From assembly GCF_006345805.1 (NCBI RefSeq), contig NC_043010.1:7068001-7132000 (forward strand): a stretch of 64,000 nt of DNA, read 5' to 3'. The position numbers and the translations under genes are program-made. This document shows positions 1 through 13,258 of this stretch, piece by piece. Position 1 is the stretch's first letter, and each line of letters starts with the position of its first letter. The notes under the pieces are model-generated. The model had not been told where the DNA came from, did not search any database, and saw only the letters and a list, made by a program, of their open reading frames with translations. Source of the DNA: Octopus sinensis. Lineage: Eukaryota.

Positions 1-635
1 CACTACTACCATTATGAATAGGTTATTTCTATCTTTTTCCCCTGACACAACTTTGTCCCTCCTATTTCAGCTGTCTTCCAGCCTATCTATCTATATATAT
101 ATATATTTTTCTGTCTAATTATCTGTATAGAGGAAACTTCTTCCTTTAGTCCCAGATATGCCATTAGGTGAAACAAAATGTATCTTGTCGTACTTAGTAT
201 TTTTGCTTAAACATATTGACACTGACTGTTTCCTCTTGAGTTCTTTGTTCTAAGTGGCCTATATTCTTAAAGACTGGCAACTCTAGAACTATAGAAACTT
301 TGAGGGATTAGTAGAAGATGAAGAAGATAGAAACTATGAATAGTAGTGTGTAAATATTGGTTTAAAATCCCCTTGGATGGAAAAAGTTAGGACTCAAACC
401 CACATCTTCGGTAAACAAAGCAGATTTTCTACCATTATACCAAAGCAATTCTTTGACTTTCTCCATCCATTCCATGTATGCAAGTGTGTGTGAGGATCAT
501 GTGTGTATGTGTGTGTGCATGTATATATATATATATATATATATATCATCGTGACCAACCAGGCTATCAGATGTTGTTACACATCGCTGGTCACAATGTA
601 CTTCACATTGTTTTAAGCGAGCAGGCCAACAGAAG

Positions 636-820
636 AAAGAGTGAGAGAAAGTTGTGGCGAAAGAGTACAGGAGGGATCGCCACCCCACCCCCCTGCCAGA
701 GCCTTGTGGAGCTTTTAGGTGTTTCCGCTCAATAAACACTCACAACGCCCGGCCTGGGAATCGAAACTGCGATCCTACAACCGCGATTTCGCTGCCCTAA
801 CCACTGGGCCATTGCGCCTC

Positions 821-822
<2 letters not shown>
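636..822 (-). mobile_element. SINE family D, 5' part
   Basis: GGCCCAGTGGTTAGGGCAGC head; matches the 3920 copy. Confidence 0.8.
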
Positions 823-867
<45 letters not shown>

Positions 868-1693
868 TTCTAAAGAACAACTACATCATAGAAGAGCCCT
901 TTAATTACCATAGAAAGTTGTTAAAATCACTTAAAATTAAAATTTATTTCATTTGATGTCAAAATTTTTGTTATACAACTGTTATCTGGTCACTGACACA
1001 GTTCTAGCACAACTACTTGAAAAGCCTGTCATTGTCCAGATTTTTATAGGCTTAAGGTTTTTTTAATTTTATTCTTTACTTTGTTTCTCTTTTTCCTATT
1101 GTGTTGAGAAATAGAAATGTCTGTTGTGCTCATGTAAATTACCTTTGAGTTGTTAGTCTTGAACTCTGGTCAACCATCAGTTTCTTTTCAATTTACCTTT
1201 TTGACACTGGTCACTGTTAGTGCTATCTTAAGGGTTTGGTGCACAGTGCAATTGCCGGGGGGGGGGGGGGCTCGCAGATCTAGGGGCCCAATTCTGATCT
1301 GTGTATACTGTGGCTTACTGTCAATAAATAAACACTATAGGGTCCAGTGCAGTGATTTGATCAGGGGCCTACAATGCTGTAAAAACAGCCCTGGTCACCA
1401 GTTTCTTTCAGATATATAGTTTATATTGTTTGTCAACATAATATCAATCACTGCCACACTTTGAAATTTAATTTCTCTACAAAACTGATTTCAAAAGCTT
1501 AAACAATGACCAACCACTGACTGAGGTTTTGGGGTTGAAAAAAAGTGAAAACTGGAAAGGGCTTAATGATGATCAACTGTGAGTAATGTCAAGGGTGTCA
1601 AAGTTAATCTACATGACTACAACAAACATCTATGTCCCTAAACTCAAAAGGAAAGAGAAAGTAAAATAAAGATTTTTTAAATAAAAAAAAAAA

Positions 1694-2113
1694 GCGTGGC
1701 TGTGTGGTAAGTAGCTTGCTAACCAACCACATGGTTGCGGGTTCAGTCCCACTGCGTGGCACCTTGGGCAAGTGTCTTTTGCTATAGCCCCGGGCCGACC
1801 AATGCCTTGTGAGTGGATTTGGTAGACAGAAACTGAAAGAAGCCCGTCGTATATATGTATATATATATATATATGCGTGTGTGTGTTGTGTGTCTGTGTT
1901 TGTCCTCCTAGCATTGCTTGACAACCGATGCTGGTGTGTTTATGTCCCCATCACTTAGCGGTTCGGCAAAAAGAGACCGATAGAATAAGTACTGGGCTTA
2001 CAAAAAGAATAAGTCCCGGGGTCGAGTTGCTCGACTAAAAACGGTGCTCCAGCATGGCCGCAGTCAAATGACTGAAATAAGTAAAAGAGTAAAAGAGTAA
2101 AAAAAAGAGAGTA
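1694..2113 (+). mobile_element. SINE family A (tRNA head, internal TA/TG microsatellite, AGTAAAAG tail)
   Basis: GTGGCTGTGTGGTAAG A-box, GGTTCAGTCC B-box; near-identical to 16 other copies. Confidence 0.92.
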
Positions 2114-2252
2114 AGGAAAAAGAATTCTTTAGGACTATAAGAACCAGCTAATAAAAGACTTCACAAGTAGTTGCAATGGAACTGTGTCAGTGACCAGGTT
2201 ACAAACATGTGATAAAAGTTTTAACACCCCTATGAAATAAATTTGAACTTAA

Positions 2253-2460
2253 CCCTTTAGAATTCAGATTACTCTATAAAATGTAATGCTTATTTATTCA
2301 CAATGTTTTGAATTTATCATGTATTTGAAATTTTGATTATGTAATAGTTTGTTTTTATAATGACAGTGTAGGATAGGTGTGAGAGGCCAAATCTGGCCAG
2401 TTTGAACATAAATCAGGTCAAATATTTAAGCCAGATATTGCTGGCTTGAATGCTAATGGG
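2253..2460. mobile_element. TTAA MITE type 2
   Basis: TTAA-CCCTTTAG...CTAATGGG-TTAC. Confidence 0.8.
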
Positions 2461-2726
2461 TTACAGAAAATTACAGTTTTGTGTTATTAAATTGACTTTG
2501 CCATGGTGCAGTGGCTTCAATTTCATGAATCTCTTTCCAGTCAAGTACAGCTCTAAAAGTTACAAAGAGCATTTGACAAAAGTAAATGAAAAATAACAAC
2601 AAAAATGAATCAGATGGGTGGATCCACTCACTTTTGTTCTTGCTTTCATTGGTAAATTGGTACAAAGTGGGTGTTTGGAAAAATGGGTCTATATGTATTT
2701 GATGTTCAGGCCAGTCAGATCTGGCA

Positions 2727-2855
2727 GGGCATCCAGATGTAGAAACACTGCCAGATCTGACTGGCCTGGTGCAGCCTTCGGGCTTCCCAGACCCCAGTTG
2801 AACCGTCCAACCCATGATAGCATGGAAAGCGGACGTTAAACGATGATGATGATGT
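2727..2855 (+). mobile_element. RTE-type retroelement 3' end with (GAT)n tail
   Basis: gcatggaaagcggacgttaaacgatgatgat tail; five copies in the window. Confidence 0.75.
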
Positions 2856-3654
2856 ACTATCTCCTTCCCTTCAGTGTGAGCTAAAATCCAAACTCATCAT
2901 GAAGTCTATAAGGAAGATGTGAAGTTAGATGTTTTTTCTCTAGTTCTATTATGCATATCTACAAAGCATAAAATACAGCATAATTAGGGACAAACCTATA
3001 TTCCATTTGGACTTGATGGACAAAGCCGCAGAGACAAGATCTATGCAAAAACTTTGGAGAGATACTGTCTTTTTGAGGTGACAAATTGCATTTTGGGTGT
3101 AACAGTTGTGTACCATAATGGGATGGATGAATACACAGACTGGTAAATTGCAGAACAGACAAATGCAGAGAAATTTTCAGAGCAATTATCAGAGAGACGG
3201 GGGGGGGGAGAGAACGAGACCAAAATAAAACGAGCACGAAAAAAGCGGCTCAAAGACAATGAAAAAGAGGAGCAAATGGAAAACCAATTAAGAACGATGT
3301 CTAAAGATTCCTGATATTCTTGTGAGAATAAGGTGTGGCTATACTCTAAGCCAATATCTGTCATCAAGCCTAGAACTACTATAACTTTTGTTATTTATAA
3401 ATTTATGACTTAACTTGCCAATACAGAACGGCAACACATGAGCCACAAAACAGCAATTATGCACGATTATGCAAGATATACTAATACTTTAACAAGGCAG
3501 AATGACTATGTACAGTATTTTAGTTTCAAGTAACATACTGAACTTATACAGAAACCCTGGGCTTAACCAGATACTTTTTTTAAAAGTCATAAAACTCATA
3601 AGGCCATTTGCCCAATTTACGTGGTATATAAGTGATTGAGATCATGATAATCAT

Positions 3655-3875
3655 CTGAATGGTATGTCAGTCCATTGCACAGTTCAAAGCCAGTAATTTT
3701 GAGGACAAGGGACAAGTTGATTACATTGATTCCAGTACTTGAATTGTACTCTATATTATCAATGCTGAAGGGATGAAGGACAAAGTTGATGCTGGCAGGA
3801 TTTGAACTCAGAACATAAAGAGTTGAAAAAAATACTGGTAAACATTTTGTCAGATGTGCTAATGATTCTGCCAGC
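3655..3875 (-). mobile_element. SINE family B, degenerate
   Basis: gggatgaaggacaaagttga..atttgaactcagaac blocks. Confidence 0.65.
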
Positions 3876-3919
3876 ACACCAACATTAACCAGATATACAA
3901 ATACTATAAACCTCTAGAG

Positions 3920-4212
3920 GGAGGTGCAATGGCCCAGTGGTTAGGGCAGCGGTCGGAGGATCGTGATTTTGATCCCCAGACCGGGCATTGTGTGTGTTTA
4001 TTGAGCAAAAACACCTAAAAGCTCCACGAGGCTCCGGCAGGGGGGTGGGGGGTGGCAACCCCTGTTGTACTCTTTCACCATAACTTTCTCTCACTCTCTC
4101 TTCCAGTTTCTTGAGTAACGCTGTGATGGACTGGCATCCCGTCCAGCTGGAGGGGAACACATACGCCACAGAAACCGGGAAATCGGGCCCATGAACCTGG
4201 CTAGGCTTGAAA
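3920..4212 (+). mobile_element. SINE family D
   Basis: tRNA head; gatggactggcatcccgtccag central block. Confidence 0.8.
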
Positions 4213-4654
4213 AGGGCTACGTTTATCATTTCGTTTATAAATTTCTGGAGTGGGAAAGAAAATTCCATTAGGATATAAAATCTGATTTTAAATTACTACA
4301 TAAAGAATTGGACATGTAGAAGTACATATTTAGTTTTCTCAAACAGCAAAGATACCTCAGCTCCCAATTTACTAATGTATTAATAACAAAAAAAAAAAAA
4401 AAGACAAACTTATCTGATGAAGGATCATGAACCAAGAAGTATTTTTAGCATAATGGTAAAATATCCAGACATAACTTTTAAACAGGCTGCAAGTTTTCCA
4501 ATCCAAAATCATACTTAATGTAATATTTTCAATTGTCGTTTTCTCCTTTTACTGTTAATCACAACTGAATAAATATACACCCACAGCCTAACCGTGTTGT
4601 TTGAGATACACCTACATATTATATGATACACACACACACATAGAATAAAGTCTC

Positions 4655-4784
4655 CTTTCGGTTATGCTGAGTGAACTGGAACAAAATGAAATAAAGTGTC
4701 TTGCTCAAGAACACAACTCACACCCCAGTCCAGGAATTGAACTCACTACCTTATGATTGTGAGCCCGACACTCTAACCACTGAG

Positions 4785-4818
<34 letters not shown>

Positions 4819-5112
4819 GGTAAAGGCTCCCTTCGGTCATGAAAGACCATGGGATTGCACCTAGAAAGTTCCCCTCCAAGGCACAAGTCCGGGCAAGGTT
4901 GTTTATGGAAGACCAGCAGTCTCCCATGCATACCAGCCTCCCCACTCTATGCCACTGATGTTATCCAAGAGAAAGGCAAAGGGGCCGATACAGCTTGGCA
5001 CCAGTGACGTCGCAACTCATTTCTACAGCTGAGTGAACTGGAGCAACATGAAATAAAGTGTCTTGTTTAAGAACACAACTCACACCCCAGTCCATGAATT
5101 GAACTCACTAAC
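4655..5112 (-). mobile_element. SINE family C (head fragment plus near-full copy)
   Basis: GGCTCAGTGGTTAGAG A-box and GAGTTCAATTCC B-box on the minus strand; gaccatgggattgcacctagaaag body. Confidence 0.85.
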
Positions 5113-5469
5113 TACTGATCCACACACACACACACACACACCACACACACACACATACATGTATAATTCTCATGATGTCAACAACAAACAATTCTTGCTA
5201 TTAAGAATAAAGTTTCTAAAACAGATATAGAAATTCAAAGGATTGTTTTGGTCTGATGGTAGAAGGCCTGTCATGTTTACAAGAGTAGTGGATTCGAATT
5301 CCATGGGCAGCCTTCAATTTTTTCTTTCCAAAAGGGATAGAAATATTCGTATGCAATTGTTCATAGCCTTATTAGCTTCAAGATCCACCATTCCTCCCAA
5401 AATTATATCATATTCTCTCCAAGTTTATAACAATCCTTGTGATGCTAACTATATATATATATATATATA

Positions 5470-5688
5470 TACTCTTTTTACTCTTTTACTTGTTTCAGTC
5501 ATTTGACTGCGGCCATGCTGGAGCACCACCTTTAATCGAGCAACTCGACCCCGGGACTTATTCTTTTGTAAGCCCAGTACTTATTCTATCGGTCTCTTTT
5601 GCCGAACCGCTAAGTGACGGGGACGTAAACACATCAGCATCGGTTGTCAAAAAATGCTAGGGGGACAAACACAGACACCCAAACACAT

Positions 5689-5721
<33 letters not shown>

Positions 5722-5892
5722 CATATATACGACGGGCTTCTTTCAGTTTCCGTCTACCAAATCCACTCACAAGGCATTGGTCGGCCCGGGGCTATAGCAG
5801 AAGACACTTGCCCAAGTTACCACGCAGTGGGACTGAACCCGGAACCATGTGGTTGGTTAGCAAGCTACTTACCACACAGCCACTCCTGCGCC
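5470..5892 (-). mobile_element. SINE family A
   Basis: Full-length reverse copy. Confidence 0.92.
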
Positions 5893-6161
5893 TATATATT
5901 TATTTTCACAAGGAAAAGGCTGATTGTAACTTCAAAGTTTTGGCTTCCATCTGCAGACTGTGATTTAGTTTGGTGTTTTAACCATTTAGTATTTAAACTG
6001 GACTTATCCAGCCAAAGTAATCTACCTGTTTTATCTTCAAACTGGCAAGATCCAGTCTCTCACACTTACCCTACAATTTTATTCTAAGACTAAACAATAA
6101 CATCATTGAATTCTGAAAGCTACAAGGTAATGCGTGATTAATTCCAAACAATGTGAATAAA

Positions 6162-6446
6162 GGCGCAGGAGTGGATTTGGTAGACGGAAACTGAAAGAAG
6201 CCTGTTGTATATATGTATATATATGTGTGTGTGTGTGTGTTTGTGTTTTTCCCCCTAGCATTGCTTGACAACCGATGCTGGTGTGTTTACGTCCCTGTCA
6301 CTTAGCGTTTCGGCAAAAAAACAGACCGATAGAATAAGTACTGGGCTTACAAAGAATAAGTCCCGGGGTTGATTTGCTCGACTAAAGGCGGTGCTCCAGC
6401 ATGGCCGCAGTCAAATGACTGAAACAAGTAAAAGAAAAAAAAAAGA
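6162..6446 (+). mobile_element. SINE family A, internally deleted
   Basis: GGCGCAGGAGTGG joined directly to ATTTGGTAGAC. Confidence 0.9.
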
Positions 6447-6694
6447 AAAAATAACTGTTAGATTTGACACAGAAATCTGAATGCTAACAGGTTAAGCTTA
6501 ATTTTTTAGTATTTTTGGTGTGATTTGTAGAATTTGGTGAATGAAGCAATATAGATGCAAAGTATAAATGGTGTGAAGGAATTAACAAGGAAAAAAGGTG
6601 TATTTGTAAGGGAATGGAGAAGAAGAGGAAAGAAGTATATGTTTGTAAGAGGATAGAAAAAAAAATGATGGTAAACAGCATTTTCCTGGTTTAA

Positions 6695-7095
6695 CCCTTT
6701 CGTTACCAACCCGGCTGGAACCGGCTCTGGCTCTGTAGTACAAATGTCACAATTTATGTTCCTAAGTCTAGCTTAATGATAACCAAGTTATTTTACTAAA
6801 TACTTTGTTATATTTAACCCTTTAGTGTTCGCATAATTCTGCCAAAATTAATGCTTTTTTATCCAAATTGTTTTGAGCTAATCATGGATTATCTCATAGC
6901 TTTGAGATTTTGATGAGGTAGCTGTTAATTTTTAAAACAAAATTGTAGGGTTGGTGTGAGAGACCAGATCTGGCCAGTTTGACCATAAAACAGGCAGAAT
7001 ACTTTTGGCCGGATATGGCTGGTTTAAATGCTAAAGGGTTAAAATTAATTGAAAGAAACACAGAGCATCTCAACAGAAATATGGTAACAAAAGGG
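6695..7095. mobile_element. TTAA-flanked MITE (type 1) carrying a nested TTAA MITE (type 2, 6818-7038)
   Basis: TIRs CCCTTTCGTTACC/GGTAACAAAAGGG and CCCTTTAG/CTAAAGGG, each bounded by TTAA (piggyBac-type TSD). Confidence 0.88.
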
Positions 7096-8345
7096 TTAAG
7101 AAAGGACATTGTATTTGCTGAGTAACAAGTACTAAGTTGGTTACATTTAGTGTGAGGGGATAGCTGTTTGTTTAAATGTTATTGCTTAGGTTCAGTGAGC
7201 ATATATGTAAAAGAAGGTACTAATGAAAGCACATGGCCCAGTGCTAGTAAGACTGTAAGTTACCAGCAGATGTTCTGTCTTTGAGCAAGATACTTTATTT
7301 TATGTTACTCCAGTCTACTCAGCTGATAAATGGTGGAGCTTTAAGCTCTCAAGGCTTTATGGCTGGGACTGGTGTTCTACATGAAGCATACAACATAAAC
7401 CTTCAGCTTTTGTAGAGTTGAGGGCCCCACTGACAATTCTCTAATTGGGCTCCACACTTTTTAGCATCAGCCCTGCTTATAATGTCCATGTCTCTTATCC
7501 ATACAATTGAAATAATAATATGATAGCTCAATACACTGAGTGATGGCATTCTGCTTTTGTAGTCTATGAAAACTGAGCCCCTATCTTATATAAATGTGTT
7601 ATTGTGATTGTATAAATCTGTGATTAAATAGTTTTTATCATTCTCACATGGTTTCAAGCCATAGAGAACCCTTCAATTGAATGCAGACATGTTGAGCCCT
7701 TCAATATAAGTATCTTCTACCTCAGCCGTCAGTGTATCGATGTGTTATACATGAACTTTGAAAGATGTAAACTGTACATAAGCCTATCATATATGCATAC
7801 ATATACACACACATACATGCATATGGATATATACATATATGCACATATATATATACCAGCTTATGTACGGTATTTTCTGCCATACAAGCTGAATTTTTCA
7901 ATTGAAGACTTACAGCTGAAAAATGGTAGGTTGACTTATACACTATAACAAATTTGGAGGACTAAATATTCCATGTGACATGAAGCTGGTTGTGAAAAGA
8001 TAGTGACAATGTTTGAATGTTTACACTACATGTTTATATATTGTGCTACATCAACTTGTATGACGGAAAGTATGGTATATGCAGATAATAGATGAAACTC
8101 AGTTTATCAAAGCAAATACTCTACCCACAGCTAGTGAGCAATACAAGGAATCAGGGTAGACCTTGGATAAAACTTAATATTGTGTATGGGGGCATGTGTG
8201 TCTATGATGCATTTTCTCTTGGGTACATTGGTTCTTTATCCTTTATTGTTTCGCTTGTTTTAGTCATTAGACTGCAGCCATGCTGGGGCACCAACTTGAA
8301 GCTTTTGGTCTACTAAATCATCCCCAGTTTACTAAAGCATCCCTC

Positions 8346-8502
8346 ATGTTGGAGCACTGCCTTTAGTTGAACAAATCGACCCCAAGACTTATTCTTTGTA
8401 AGCCTAGTACTTATTCTATCGGTCTCTTTTGCTGAACCACTAAGTTACGGGGATGCAGATATGCCACCATCAGTTGTCAAGTGATAGGTGGGGACAACAC
8501 AG

Positions 8503-8559
<57 letters not shown>

Positions 8560-8676
8560 CGACATGCTTCTTTCAGTTTCCGTCTACTAAATCCACTCAC
8601 AAGGCTTTGGTCGGACCGAGGCTACAGTGCTACAGTAGAAGACACTTCCCTAAGGTTCCATTCAGTGGACTGAACC

Positions 8677-8680
<4 letters not shown>
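8346..8680 (-). mobile_element. SINE family A, partial and diverged
   Basis: Similarity to the other copies. Confidence 0.85.
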
Positions 8681-8736
<56 letters not shown>

Positions 8737-8775
8737 TGTATATATAATAAATAGTAAATAATATCATCATCATCA

Positions 8776-8819
<44 letters not shown>

Positions 8820-9032
8820 TATCAGCCTATGTATATCATATCTATCAATCAAATTCACTTATAAGGTATTTGTCAGTTCCGTGTGCTGCAGAGTAGGACT
8901 GAATCTGAAAACCTGTGGTTGCAAAGTTCACTTCATAACCTCACATCTATGTCTGGGCCTTATTTTAGTTCTCTTCCTTTAAAAACTTGCACTTCCACTA
9001 CCATTAAGATTACATTCTTCATGTAATTTATT

Positions 9033-9252
9033 AAGGTGGCAAGCTGGCAGAAACGTTAGCCCGCTGGGCGAAATGCTCAGCAGTATTTTGTTTGTCTTTA
9101 CGTTCTGATTTCAAATTCCGCCAAGGTCGACTTTGCCTTTAATCCGTTTGGGATTGATAAATTAAATACCAGTTGTGTACTGGGGTTGATCCAATCGACT
9201 GGCCCCTCCCCCAAAATTTTGGGCCTTGTGCCTAGAGTAGAAAAGAATTTAT
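9033..9252 (+). mobile_element. SINE family B (AAGCTGGCAG head; central GCCTTTCATCCTTTYGGGGTCGATAAA domain)
   Basis: Multi-copy in the window; tRNA-like head with GAGTTCAAATTC B-box. Confidence 0.85.
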
Positions 9253-9498
9253 TAAAGTATAATGAAGGCATAGTTAAAAGAGACATAACACTGTTTTATT
9301 GTATCGACCAGACCATTGCATGTGGTCATACACTACTGGTGACAATGCACTTCCTTGCATTGTTGTGGCCTTCAAATGATGCCACTCAAGCTGGCTAGGT
9401 GGACAGGTCAATATTCCTTGTAAACCTGATGCCAGTATGTCACAGTTGGTTGACCCATTTGCAGCTGAGTGGACTGGGTAAAGGGCAAAGACCACATT

Positions 9499-9822
9499 TG
9501 GTCATGAATGACCATGGGATTGCACTTAGAAAGTTACTCTCCGCAGTGCAAGTCCAGGCAAGGTTGTTTATGGAAGACCAGTAGTCACCCATACATGCCA
9601 ACCTCTCCTCTCCATGTCATTGATGTTATCCAAGAGAAAGGCAAGCATTGATACAGCTTGGCACCAGTGACATCGCAACTCATTTCTACAGCTGAGTGAA
9701 CTGGAGCAATGGGAAATAAAGTGCCTTGCTCAAAAACACAACACACAGTCCGGTCTGGGAATCGAACTCACTACCTCATGATTATGAGCCTGACACTCTA
9801 ACCACTGAGCCCATGTGCCTTC
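9499..9822 (-). mobile_element. SINE family C
   Basis: Matches the 4.8-kb and 10.6-kb copies. Confidence 0.85.
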
Positions 9823-10643
9823 ACACTGACTGGACTGGAGCAACATGAAAACCAGTGTAGGTGTGTTTATGTCCCTGTAACTTTGTGGTTCAGCAAAAGA
9901 AACCAATAGAGTAAGTATCAGAAGTTTAAAAACAAATTTAGATACTAGGGTCAAATACTCCAAGTTGGCACCTCAGCATAGCCACAGTCTAATGTGTATG
10001 TGTGTCATGTATATGTGCATATGTATATGTGTATATGCATATGCATATGTGTATATACGTATATGCATATATGACAGGCTTATGTGCAGTTTACAAATTT
10101 AAGTACTAGGGTCAAGAACACAAAGTCTCATGGTACCCTGTGTTCTTGAGCAAAACAATTTATAGGACTGGAGTAACATGAAATGAATTGTTTTGACCAA
10201 GAACACAAAGTACCATCAGTCTGAGAATTGAAACCACATCTTGCAATCAGGAAGGTAACACTCCAACTATTAGCCCTAGGTCTTCACAAAAAGAGGGATA
10301 TAAACATGTAAAAATTCAAAATAAGTCTTTTAGTGTTTCTTGAAAAACCAGAATGAATACTAGAATGGTAGATATTGATTTCAAATTTTGGCACAAGCCA
10401 GCAATTTCGAGGATAGGTTAAACTAATTACATTGATCCCAGTGATCAACTGGTACTCGTTTTATCCCAAAAGGATGAAAGACAAAATTGATCTCGGTGAT
10501 GGATGAAATGCTGCTATATCCAGTGTGCCAATGATTTTGCCAGCTTACTGCCTTACCAAAAGGTAGATATCATGAACTGAATTGAGGACTAATAATGGAT
10601 CTGTAAAACGCCAATGGAATTTTAAAACTAACAGTCTGAGACC

Positions 10644-10975
10644 CCCTTCGGTCACAACACAGACCATAGGATTGCACCTAGAAAGTTACCCTCTCAGGCA
10701 CAAGACCAGGCAAGGTTGTTTATGGAAGACCAGCAGTCACCCATGCATACCAACCTCCCCTCTCCACATCACCAGTGTTATCCAAGAGAAAGGCAAAGGC
10801 TGATACAGCTTGGCACCTGTGACGTCGCAACTCATTTCTACAGCTGAGTAAACTGGAGCAACATGAAATAAAGTGTCTTGCTCAAGAACACAACACGCAG
10901 CCCGGTCCGGGATTTGAGCTCACAACCTCACGATCGTAAGCTTGATGCTCTAACCACTGAGCCATGCACCTTCAC
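10644..10975 (-). mobile_element. SINE family C
   Basis: Full reverse copy. Confidence 0.88.
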
Positions 10976-11669
10976 TAACATTGATAGAACCTAAATGTAC
11001 AATTAGATATACCTTAAAGTCAAGTGACTGAATTCTACTGTCTAAGCCCACAAAACAAGAAGAAGACTAGGCAAAAAAAAAGTATTTAAATAACAGTAGT
11101 TTTCTAACATTTGGGATAATAAATGATTTAGAGGCATGAAGAATATTGCATGTTAAGAAAGCACGTGCCAGCATTGTAAAAACCGAACATTAAAATGATG
11201 AAAGATGTTAATGATAAAGATGTCTGTTTGTGTACTTGTATGCACCAGTTTGTGTGTGTGTGTGAGTGTGTGCGTGTGTGTATTGTGTCTGTGTATGTAT
11301 ATTTAAGAGTGTGTGCTCAAGCGTGAGTGTATTGTGAATTTGTTAACGTTCTTTTACAATTAAAATTAAGCGTAATCGATACATGCTATTTTCTATGGGA
11401 GAAGTGTACAGTCTGATGAATGTGTGTATGTTTGTGTATTGTGTACTTGTGTGTGTGTGTATATGTATAAGTGTGTGAGTGTGTCTGTGAGTGTGTGTGA
11501 TAATGAATATTATAAGCCCATATCTAAAGGTCTCAGACAGCTGGATTTGTCTTGAAAAGATGGGATTTGTTAGTAGATAAAGACATGAATCAAAGCAAGT
11601 AATTATCTAGTTATTCTACAGAGGCAGTTACAAATATCCCAGGGTAAAGCTGCATTTATAAAATGTTTA

Positions 11670-11990
11670 GATCCCACTGCACAGCACCTTAGGCAACCAT
11701 CTACCATTATAGCCCCAGGTTGACAGAAGCCTTGTGCATGGATTTTGTAGACAGAAACTGTGTATTTCTTTATGTTTGTGCTTGTTTCCCATCTTCATTT
11801 GACAACCAGTGTTGGCTTGATTATATCCTCATAACTTAGTGGTTTGACAAAATGGACTGATAGAATAAGTACCATACTTTGAAAATAAGTACTGAGAATG
11901 ATTTGTTTGACTAAATTCATGAAGGTGGTGCCCCAGCAGGGCCACAGTTCAATAGCTGTAAGTAGCAAAAGGCAAGGAAAATAAAAGATA
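11670..11990 (+). mobile_element. Older diverged SINE A-related copy
   Basis: Degenerate ttgacaaccagtgttgg..gatagaataagtacc..ccagcagggccacagt blocks. Confidence 0.7.
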
Positions 11991-12849
11991 TTAATTTCCA
12001 ATCAATCCAAGCTACCATACAAGTACAAATGCATCGTTATCTAATTTCATATAATTTTAAGGGTTGGTCATATATGGAAGGGCAGTGCCTGCATAGTTTT
12101 AGTGGGTCTCTGCTATTGGTGCAAAGAAAGAAGAAAATCATCAATTATCCACAGACCAGACCATAATCTCTGTCCAAATAGTCACAATAGTTGTTCTCTG
12201 ATCATGTGACCAAATGAAAGAAATGGCTCTGCTAAATGTGGTGACAGACTAACTCTACTACCCACCAAAATAAAAATAGTTTCTCGGATGGTCTTCCATA
12301 CAGTTTAACAGTCTACCACAAAATTTCCATTACAAGACTTCGACAGACCTGTGGCATACATAGACACACACACACACACTACCAACCACATGCATGTATA
12401 CATACATGCATGCACATATATATGCATACATGCATACGCACGCACACATAATTATTGGTAAATTTATAAAGATGTAACTTAGCAACATGCACAGTGAAGA
12501 AAACTATAGCTATTAAAGCCAAAAATCATATGTAAAAGTTATTGTTTTAACAATAGGCCTAATTAACCAAATGAAGCTGATATGTAACAATATCAATTAT
12601 AATGTAATATATATATATATATAACATATACGTTAATCCTTGAGCTGACAATTTGACATAGAATTAACTGGAGAAAGAAAATGAATCTACTATGTTTGCA
12701 ATTAAAATAGTAAAAATCATTAATAAAAATAAGTTAGAATGAAATCTATTTTAGATATTACAAAAACGTCAGGAACACAATATGTTTTAGTTTAAGTGAT
12801 TGATTGATTGATATACAGGTAAAATTGTCAATAAATTTATACTGAAGCA

Positions 12850-13258
12850 TACTCTTTTACTCTTTTACTTGTTTCAGTCATTTGACTGCGGCCATGCTGG
12901 AGCACCGCCTTTTAATCGAGCAACTCGACCCCAGGACTTATTCTTTGTAAGCCCAGTACTTATTCTATCGGTCTCTTTTTGCCGAACCGCTAAGTGACGG
13001 GGACATAAACACACCAGCATCGGTTGTCAAGCAATGCTAGGGGGACAAACAGACACACAAACACACACACACATATATATATATATATACATATATACGA
13101 CAGGCTTCTTTCAGTTTCCGTCTACCAAATCCACTCACAAGGCTTTGGTCGGCCCGAGGTTATAGTAGAAGACACTTACCCAAGGTGCCACGCAGTGGGA
13201 CTGAACCCGGAACCATGTGGTTGGTAGGCAAGCTACTTACCACACAGCCACTCCTGCG
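12850..13258 (-). mobile_element. SINE family A
   Basis: Full-length reverse copy. Confidence 0.92.

Noticed and set aside
1255-1270. G-runs as G-quadruplexes (also 3.2, 4.0, 29.66, 49.29 kb)
   Set aside because: Homopolymer runs, several within repeat elements; no functional evidence.
13024-13227. Recurring MSSNARGTNT... / ...SFDCGHAGAPP... ORFs suggesting a gene family
   Set aside because: All lie in SINE family A copies, with variable frames and stops.
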